From positions 1 to 14,074 of the forward strand of contig JBNJDT010000040.1 of NCBI GenBank assembly GCA_051745145.1: DNA of 14,074 nt. The letters are read 5' to 3'. The translations under genes were made by a program, and so were the position numbers. Position 1 is the first letter of the stretch; each line of letters starts with the position of its first letter. The notes below the pieces were generated by a model that did not search any database, was not told the DNA's origin, and saw nothing but the letters and a program-made list of their open reading frames with translations. This stretch comes from Elusimicrobiota bacterium (GTDB lineage: Bacteria > CG03 > SLGR01 > JAGXOG01). Below, one piece after another: positions 8,338 to 14,074 of this stretch.

Positions 8338-9466
8338 CTTTAAAGGTTTCTGTAATTACTGTTTCAACGCCGGTTATATAATTATTTACACTAAATTTTT
8401 CAGAAGAAGATTTTTCAGCGTACTTCGCCATTTTTTCTAAAATATTTTTATTTTCCATTAAATATTTAAGTTTTTCTGCTATCTGCCTGAAATTACCGGA
8501 TTCTACAATAAAACCGTTCTTGCCGTCCTCTATTATCTCCGGTATTCCTCCTACATCGGTCCCTATTACCGGTATTCCGCAAAGCATAGCTTCCAGTACC
8601 GTCCGCCCAAATGACTCATTTCTCAAGGTGGGCATTATAAACACATCCAGTTCCTTCATAAATAATTCAATATTATCTATATAACCGGTAAAAAATATCC
8701 GGTCATTCATATCTTTTTCGACAACTAATTTTTGCAACTTGTTCTTATAATTATCCTCGGATTTTTGCTCTTCCCCGGCTATTAAAAGAAAAATGTCATC
8801 TTTCTCAGAAATTTCAGAAACTGCCTTTATAGCATTTTCGTATCCTTTACGGGTTGCTATCCTACCGGCGCACCCGGCAAGAAATTTCTTTTCTTTTATA
8901 CCGTACTGTTTTCTCAAATCCAGGGAAGAATAACTTTTTTGACTTTCAGCACTGTTGTAAACTATCTTGATATTATCCGGCTTAAAACCGATCTCGTCCA
9001 CATATCTTGTTTTTATAGCTTCCGACACCGCTATTGCCCTGCAGGTTTGACCGGGTACTATTTCCCTGTCAAATATTCTCCACTTTGCATTTAACTCTCT
9101 TATGTGATAGATATTTTTAATTGAGCGATTATATAATACTTTATACAGGCAAGACAATTTATGGGTCTTTGCCGTGTTCGCATAAAGAAGATCAATATTT
9201 TCCTCCTTAACAATATTATCAAGTTTCCGTACTGATTTTAAAATTTTAAAAATATTTTTTAGGGGATTGCCGTATATAAATTCAAAATTTATTATCTTTA
9301 TATCAATATCCTTTAAATATTTTATAAACCGTTTGTTTCTTCTTTCAGCCAGAACTACCGGATGATATTTGTCTCTATCTATATGTTTTAAAAGTAATCC
9401 TAAAGATTCCTCTGCCCCCCCGAGCATCTGGCCGTGATTCATAAAAAGTATATTTTTCTTACCCAT
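8330..9466 (-). CDS. Glycosyltransferase family 4
   Basis: 378 aa; LGGAE, AVSEA, GRIATRKG, ESFGRTVLEAM (intact E-X7-E), VGGIPEIIEDGKNG. Overlaps each neighbour by 8 nt. Confidence 0.93.
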   Translation of the reverse strand: MGKKNILFMNHGQMLGGAEESLGLLLKHIDRDKYHPVVLAERRNKRFIKYLKDIDIKIINFEFIYGNPLKNIFKILKSVRKLDNIVKEENIDLLYANTAKTHKLSCLYKVLYNRSIKNIYHIRELNAKWRIFDREIVPGQTCRAIAVSEAIKTRYVDEIGFKPDNIKIVYNSAESQKSYSSLDLRKQYGIKEKKFLAGCAGRIATRKGYENAIKAVSEISEKDDIFLLIAGEEQKSEDNYKNKLQKLVVEKDMNDRIFFTGYIDNIELFMKELDVFIMPTLRNESFGRTVLEAMLCGIPVIGTDVGGIPEIIEDGKNGFIVESGNFRQIAEKLKYLMENKNILEKMAKYAEKSSSEKFSVNNYITGVETVITETFKDE

Positions 9467-10994
9467 TTACTTTTTCCTTTACCAGATTAAATAACAAATT
9501 TATTTCATCCATATTCAAAAGCTTGGCTAAACCTATATAAATTACCGAACAAACTATCGGAACGGTAATTACAATTAAAATCGGCTCTGTTAATATATTA
9601 AACTGTTTAATTAGATACCATACCGGGATAATAGTAACTAAAGAAATAGTTATAACTTTTATTCCCGATCCCCATATTTTTTTAATGTCAATAAGATCTT
9701 TAAATATTCCCAACTTAAAAAATAAAATGCTAAAATAAACTATTTCGGCAAAAGAATTAGCCAGTGATATTCCCCCGGGGGCAAATACTTCTCTTAAGTA
9801 TATACCGCTCACTATAATAACCCCAAACGAAATAATTGTAGCAATAAGAGGAGTTATCATATCTTTTAAAGCATGAAAACTGCGGATTAATATATAATTC
9901 ATACTCACCGCTATAGCACCGGGAAGATACCCCAAAAGTGCTATAGCCGTTTCTGTGCTGGATTGAGCTGTAAAAGAGCCCCGTTCAAATAGAACACGGA
10001 TAACCGGCATTCTATATAAAGCCAGCCCCAGGCACAGGGGGAACGTAATAAAAAAAACCATTTGAAGGGCTTTGGTTACGGAATTCCTAAATTTGCCCAT
10101 TTTATTGCGGGCATTATCCCAGGAGATAAAAGGAAAAATTACAGTAGATAAAGTTACCCCGAATATAACAACAGGCAGCTGTTTCAACCGGTAGGCAAAA
10201 TGGAGTGCTGAAATACTTCCTTCTGATAAAACCGACGCAAGATTTTTAACTATAATATTATTTGCGCTGCCGAATATAAGTGTTACCACAAGAGGTATCC
10301 ACAGTTTCCCTATTTTCCTTATAGCCGGATGAGTTAAATTTATGCTGAATCGATATTGAAATTTCTTTCTGTTAACCGCAAACAGCAGCATTAAAAACTG
10401 CATTACAGCTCCTGCTAAAAACCCAAATGCTAATCCGTATATCCCCAGTTTATTACTGAGTAAAACAGCCCCTACAATAACAGAAATATTTAATACGGAC
10501 TTTTTTAGAGCAGGCATTAAAAAATGCTTGGTTGCATTAATAACTCCCCCCATATACGATGCCAGCCCCATGAAAACCATAGAGGGAAATACAATATAGG
10601 CCAGTTTGGTAGCGGTTGTAAACGTATCAGGAGGTAAACCGGGAGCGATTATATGAAGAACTTCAGAAGAAAAAACTATACTTATAATTAATAATGTCAA
10701 CATTAACAGTGCTATGCTGTTAAATATAGTCGAATAAACTTTGCCCGCCTTTTTGTACTCATTTTTAGAAAGATAATCAGAAAATACCGGGATAAAAGCG
10801 GATGTCAATGCTCCCCCGGCTATTACGCTTATTACAAACTCCGGGGCCGCCAGAGCGGCAAAATACGCATCGGTCTCCGCAGAGGCACCAAATTGCCCGG
10901 CAATCACCATCTCCCGGATATATCCTAAAATCTTACTTATAATTGCCGCTGTAGTTACAATAACGGCAGCATGTGATATTCTGTCTTTATCCAT
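9459..10994 (-). CDS. murJ: MurJ/MviN-family MOP flippase
   Basis: 511 aa polytopic protein; SKILGYIRE..IA..FGA...DAYF, FIPVF, APG, GSISAL.FAYRL.QLP, LFERGSF, FHALKD..TP and GISLA are all MviN hallmarks. Confidence 0.92.
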   Translation of the reverse strand: MDKDRISHAAVIVTTAAIISKILGYIREMVIAGQFGASAETDAYFAALAAPEFVISVIAGGALTSAFIPVFSDYLSKNEYKKAGKVYSTIFNSIALLMLTLLIISIVFSSEVLHIIAPGLPPDTFTTATKLAYIVFPSMVFMGLASYMGGVINATKHFLMPALKKSVLNISVIVGAVLLSNKLGIYGLAFGFLAGAVMQFLMLLFAVNRKKFQYRFSINLTHPAIRKIGKLWIPLVVTLIFGSANNIIVKNLASVLSEGSISALHFAYRLKQLPVVIFGVTLSTVIFPFISWDNARNKMGKFRNSVTKALQMVFFITFPLCLGLALYRMPVIRVLFERGSFTAQSSTETAIALLGYLPGAIAVSMNYILIRSFHALKDMITPLIATIISFGVIIVSGIYLREVFAPGGISLANSFAEIVYFSILFFKLGIFKDLIDIKKIWGSGIKVITISLVTIIPVWYLIKQFNILTEPILIVITVPIVCSVIYIGLAKLLNMDEINLLFNLVKEKVNG

Positions 10995-11052
10995 AATAAA
11001 TCAAAAAATTAAATTATCCTTTTTTGTAATAATCAGCAGCTCAAATTTTCCC

Positions 11053-11859
11053 TTAATATTTATCCAGAAGCTTATAAAAATTTTTCCCGGTCAAAAACTC
11101 CGCTTCTTCCGGCCTCTCTAAAAATTTGTTTACTTCGTCACGTACTTTTTTAAAATCACACTTATCAATCCTTTTCTTCAGAGTTTTTTTCCAGTTCTTT
11201 TCGGTTACCTGTTTATGGTGTTCATCAGTTTGTTTTATTGCATTGTTCAACAGAACAAAATTCGGTCGAAGTTTCTCTTCCCCGGTAAGATACCACAACA
11301 AGTCGTACCAATCCCTCCCCTTTGTGTATGTTCTAAATAACAGAGCATGAAGTTTGCCCGCAAATAGAGACGGAAAATTATAAATATTAAAACCCAGCAG
11401 AAAAAATTTGTTTTTAACTTTTCTCTCAATTTCAGCTCCGGCGGGGGGATTAGTATCTAAATCCAGTTTGATAGACAGTTTCTCCTTGCGGTGAGGAGAA
11501 AGTCCCGCCTCATATTTTAACCCTTCAAATTTTACAAAGGAGTATTGAACGGTTTTGGAAAAATCTGAAGAAAAAGACATATCATATCCGGCTAAGCTTA
11601 ATTCCCGTTTTAAAATTTTTACATTATCTTCCAAGTAGTTAGTGTGTCTTTCGATAGAAGAAAAATCCAAGTCTTCAGAGTATCTGGGTAGGTCGTATAC
11701 AAACCGCAGAGCCGTTCCGCCCAGGAAAGCAGCATTGTTGAAAAATTTGTTTTCATGCAGGATTTTCAAAATATAAGCCTGCAGATATTCGCGCATGATA
11801 TTTAATTTATTGCTTTCTCTTTTTTCCTTTTCTAAAATTTCCAGCAAATGCTCTTTCAT
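11053..11859 (-). CDS. abiEii: AbiEii/AbiGii-family nucleotidyltransferase toxin
   Basis: 268 aa; GGTAL (47-51), RYSEDLDF (59-66), KLHALL and KGRDWYDL motifs of the DUF1814/AbiEii NTase family. ATGA overlap with the antitoxin at 11856-11859. Confidence 0.92.
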   Translation of the reverse strand: MKEHLLEILEKEKRESNKLNIMREYLQAYILKILHENKFFNNAAFLGGTALRFVYDLPRYSEDLDFSSIERHTNYLEDNVKILKRELSLAGYDMSFSSDFSKTVQYSFVKFEGLKYEAGLSPHRKEKLSIKLDLDTNPPAGAEIERKVKNKFFLLGFNIYNFPSLFAGKLHALLFRTYTKGRDWYDLLWYLTGEEKLRPNFVLLNNAIKQTDEHHKQVTEKNWKKTLKKRIDKCDFKKVRDEVNKFLERPEEAEFLTGKNFYKLLDKY

Positions 11860-12485
11860 AATGTTTTTTCCTGTTCCCGCATTGTTTCAATATAATCAAT
11901 CATAATATCTACACTTTTTTCAAGCCGTTTAAAATTAAATTTATCGGCATAACTTTTTAATTTATCAATATCTAAATTTTCCGTGTTCTGAAATCTCATT
12001 TCTTTTATAAAATCAACAGTAATAGCACCGGTGGTCAAATAAAAAAAGTCTAAAATAGCTTTTTCCGGGTAAGCGATAAATCCTGTCTGTTTTTTCTTTG
12101 GTAAAGTTTTATAGCCCCAGAAATATTTTTTACTGATATGGCGATATTTAAAAATACCGATTTCATTTTCATATGTATTCTGTCTTTTAGTAGTAACAGA
12201 GGTATAGGGGACAACCATTTCGGGAATCAACCCGTAAAACTCCAGGGCCTTCTCAAGACTGATGTAAGACGGTCTTTTAAGGACACTTGCGATATGGGGT
12301 TCATAAGGATTAATTTTCCGGTACCTGTCGCCAAAAATATAGTATCCCCTTTTAAGCTGGATTAGTTTGCCTGCGTTTACCCACTGGGATACCTGGACCC
12401 TGATTGCTTTATCGTCCCCAAAAAACGCTGATAATTCAATAACAGGGTATTTTTCCGTTAACTTAATAAACTCTTCCCACTTCAT
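11856..12485 (-). CDS. abiEi: AbiEi-family antitoxin / transcriptional regulator (N-terminal wHTH)
   Basis: 209 aa; W...GKLIQLKRGYY wHTH wing, PSYISLEKALEFYGLIPE, TSVT, AYPEKAILD; lies directly upstream of and translationally coupled to an AbiEii toxin. Confidence 0.88.
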   Translation of the reverse strand: MKWEEFIKLTEKYPVIELSAFFGDDKAIRVQVSQWVNAGKLIQLKRGYYIFGDRYRKINPYEPHIASVLKRPSYISLEKALEFYGLIPEMVVPYTSVTTKRQNTYENEIGIFKYRHISKKYFWGYKTLPKKKQTGFIAYPEKAILDFFYLTTGAITVDFIKEMRFQNTENLDIDKLKSYADKFNFKRLEKSVDIMIDYIETMREQEKTL

Positions 12486-12520
12486 GGCATTATTTTAATA
12501 AATTTATTAAATTATTGCAA
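12485..12520 (-). promoter_or_regulatory. Putative sigma70 promoter of the abiE operon, probably giving a leaderless transcript
   Basis: Minus strand reads TTGCAA (12520-12515), a 17-nt spacer, TAAAAT (12497-12492), 6 nt, then ATG (12485). No SD precedes the ATG. Confidence 0.7.
12487..12518. repeat. Inverted repeat, putative AbiEi operator
   Basis: Perfect 18-bp palindrome TTTAATAAATTTATTAAA at 12494-12511, extending to 32 bp (12487-12518) with two mismatched pairs; covers the promoter spacer and -10. Confidence 0.72.
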
Positions 12521-12629
12521 CCCACTTAAAAAAATGTGTTAAAATTAAGAAAGTATTTACAACCCTGTTAACAAGCTTTATAGTTCCTATTTCAAATTCC
12601 TTGAAAAATTCTTTATATATTTCTTTCAT
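12507..12629 (-). pseudogene. 40-codon ORF, possible N-terminal remnant of an OYE-like NADH:flavin oxidoreductase (or Dus) gene
   Basis: Hand translation MKEIYKEFFKEFEIGTIKLVNRVVNTFLILTHFFKWVAII*. The first 24 aa fit the F-x4-IG-x3-L-x-NR-x-V start of OYE/Dus TIM-barrel flavoproteins; similarity stops where xAPM would follow. Confidence 0.35.
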
Positions 12630-12676
12630 TCAAGTAAAATACAGGTAGTTTTATTCCTTGTATAAAGTATAATTTA

Positions 12677-14059
12677 CTATTGTCGGTCATAATCATCCTC
12701 TAATCTTTGAATATCGTCTTCTAAAATTTTTTCACCCGTGGCCAATTCCAGAATTTTCAGTTTATTTTCGCCTATATTTTCCAATCTGTGTTCCACGCCG
12801 CTGGCAATCTGTACAGAATCGCCTTGAGTAACTTCTTTTTTTTCTTCATTTAAAGTTACCAGGCCTTTACCGGTTATTACAGTCCACCTTTCTTTACGAT
12901 GTTTATGTTTTTGTAAGCTTAACCGGTGACCGGGAGAAATCATTATAGTCTTAACTTTAAATCCTTTGCCCTGATCTATTACCTTATACCAACCCCAGGG
13001 GCGGGAGTCGGCAGTGGGATAGACAACTTCAGATTTATCATCCAGTCTATTTACCACATCTTTTACTTTCTGGCCTTCCCCGTCTTTCATTACAAGCAGG
13101 GCATCTTCGGTATCTATCGCAATAACATCTTCAAGCCCTATGGTAGCGGTAAACTTCCGGGGTTTTGAAAATACCATGGAATTACTGCCGTCTATATTTA
13201 AACTTTCCCCGTTTACAAAAATTTCATTATCTTTAGAAAGAAAAGTTTTTACCGCCTCCCAGCTTCCCAGATCGCTCCAGTCTCCTTCATACCCTACTAC
13301 CGCAACACGGTCTGATTTTTCCATAACTGCATAATCTATTGAAATATTGGGAAGATCTTTATATATTTTGGCAATTTCTTCCCTCTCACTGATTTGCGTA
13401 AAAGGAGAGTAAATCTCACTACAGTGTTTTTTCATCTCTTCCTTCATAACTCCCGCTTTAAAAACAAAAATACCCCCATTCCAGAAATACCCCCCACTTT
13501 GTAAGTAATCTTCTGCAGTCTTTTTATCAGGTTTTTCCTTAAATTCTTCGACCTCCCATCCACTGCCTGCAGACTTTTCTGATTTTTTAATATAACCGTA
13601 AGCTGTTGACGGTTTATCAGGTTTAATCCCCACTGTTACAATAAAGTCCCGCCCGGCAACTTCTATAGCTTTTTCTATAGTATCCGTAAATTCAGATTTA
13701 GGTTCTATAATATGGTCCGCCGGCAAGACTACTACTATTTCATCGTCTTTGAAATCATTTATCCCCCTCATTATAGCCGGTGCCGTGTTCCGGGAAGCGG
13801 GTTCGATAATAACATTATCCTTACTAAAATCTCTGTTAACTGCCCGAATATTTCTCTCTATTAAAAAATCTACATCTTTTGTAGTAACTACATACCTGTC
13901 ATCCTTACCGGAAATGCTATCAAGTCTTTCATAAGCCAGCTGCAGTAAACTTTTATTCTCTTTTAACTCCAGCATAAACTTAGGCCACCTCTTCCTGCTC
14001 AAAGGCCACAGCCTTTTACCCTGTCCCCCGGCCAGTATTAAAACTTTTGTATTAAGCAT
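12677..14059 (-). CDS. manC: Mannose-1-phosphate guanylyltransferase / mannose-6-phosphate isomerase (type II PMI-GMP)
   Basis: 460 aa; ILAGG.G.RLWPLSR...PK, EP..RNTAPA, PADH, FKEKP, WNGGIF, SIDYAVMEK, WSDLGSW; C-terminal cupin RPWG...LSLQKH.HR.E.W...HRLEN...EDDI.R..D.Y. GGAG SD at 14074-14071. Confidence 0.95.
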   Translation of the reverse strand: MLNTKVLILAGGQGKRLWPLSRKRWPKFMLELKENKSLLQLAYERLDSISGKDDRYVVTTKDVDFLIERNIRAVNRDFSKDNVIIEPASRNTAPAIMRGINDFKDDEIVVVLPADHIIEPKSEFTDTIEKAIEVAGRDFIVTVGIKPDKPSTAYGYIKKSEKSAGSGWEVEEFKEKPDKKTAEDYLQSGGYFWNGGIFVFKAGVMKEEMKKHCSEIYSPFTQISEREEIAKIYKDLPNISIDYAVMEKSDRVAVVGYEGDWSDLGSWEAVKTFLSKDNEIFVNGESLNIDGSNSMVFSKPRKFTATIGLEDVIAIDTEDALLVMKDGEGQKVKDVVNRLDDKSEVVYPTADSRPWGWYKVIDQGKGFKVKTIMISPGHRLSLQKHKHRKERWTVITGKGLVTLNEEKKEVTQGDSVQIASGVEHRLENIGENKLKILELATGEKILEDDIQRLEDDYDRQ

Positions 14060-14074
14060 ACTTTAATTTTCTCC

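Noticed and set aside
11002..11026. CAAAAAA...TTTTTTG inverted repeat between abiEii and murJ as a terminator
   Set aside because: A 7-bp nearly all-A/T stem with an 11-nt loop is too weak for an intrinsic terminator.
11247..11429. 60-aa alternative-frame ORF inside abiEii
   Set aside because: Fully nested in the toxin gene, TTG start, no recognisable motif.
10995..12560. Target-site duplication or terminal repeats flanking the TA pair
   Set aside because: Only a 10-nt all-A/T match (ATAATTTAAT on the minus strand) was seen, which is expected by chance here; no mobile-element ends can be supported.
12655..12676. TATAAT (plus) and TATACT (minus) hexamers just after the manC stop
   Set aside because: No properly spaced -35 or extended -10 on either strand, and such hexamers are frequent in AT-rich DNA.
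430..13934. Many plus-strand ORFs of 60-147 aa (e.g. 4146..4589, 2969..3346, 6399..6695, 6720..7019)
   Set aside because: All lie antisense to well-supported minus-strand genes and show no recognisable motifs; treated as shadow ORFs.
12740..13985. ManC motif deviations (PKQ->PKF, EHW->ERW, EVQ->ELA)
   Set aside because: The predicted cupin metal ligands and core GMP motifs remain, so this is most likely ordinary divergence.
1..14074. tRNA, rRNA, CRISPR array or IS element
   Set aside because: The window is almost entirely coding; the largest gap is 191 nt and has no such structure or repeats.

Overview
An AT-rich bacterial window in which all real genes lie on the minus strand. It is a cell-surface glycan biosynthesis locus, read right to left: manC, a 40-codon possible gene remnant, an AbiEi/AbiEii toxin-antitoxin pair, a MurJ/MviN-family flippase, GT4, GT9 (heptosyltransferase-like), an O-antigen ligase/Wzy_C-like membrane protein, a GT-C (ArnT/PMT-like) transferase, a DUF2334/CE4-type deacetylase, three GT4s, and a GT2 (DPM1/ArnC-like) that runs off the window edge. 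From murJ onward the genes overlap or are separated by at most 23 nt, so they look like one operon. Points of most interest: (1) the TA pair sits inside the glycan locus with its own apparently leaderless sigma70 promoter, overlapped by a perfect 18-bp palindrome; (2) a short ORF resembling the N-terminus of a flavin oxidoreductase lies at its upstream junction; (3) the GT9, the ligase-like protein and one GT4 carry substitutions at normally conserved catalytic or donor-binding positions; (4) the GT2, deacetylase and GT-C resemble an ArnC/ArnD/ArnT-type aminosugar modification module. I saw no RNA genes, CRISPR arrays or IS elements. All family calls come from motif recognition by eye, not database searches, and I cannot claim a wholly new system from this sequence alone.
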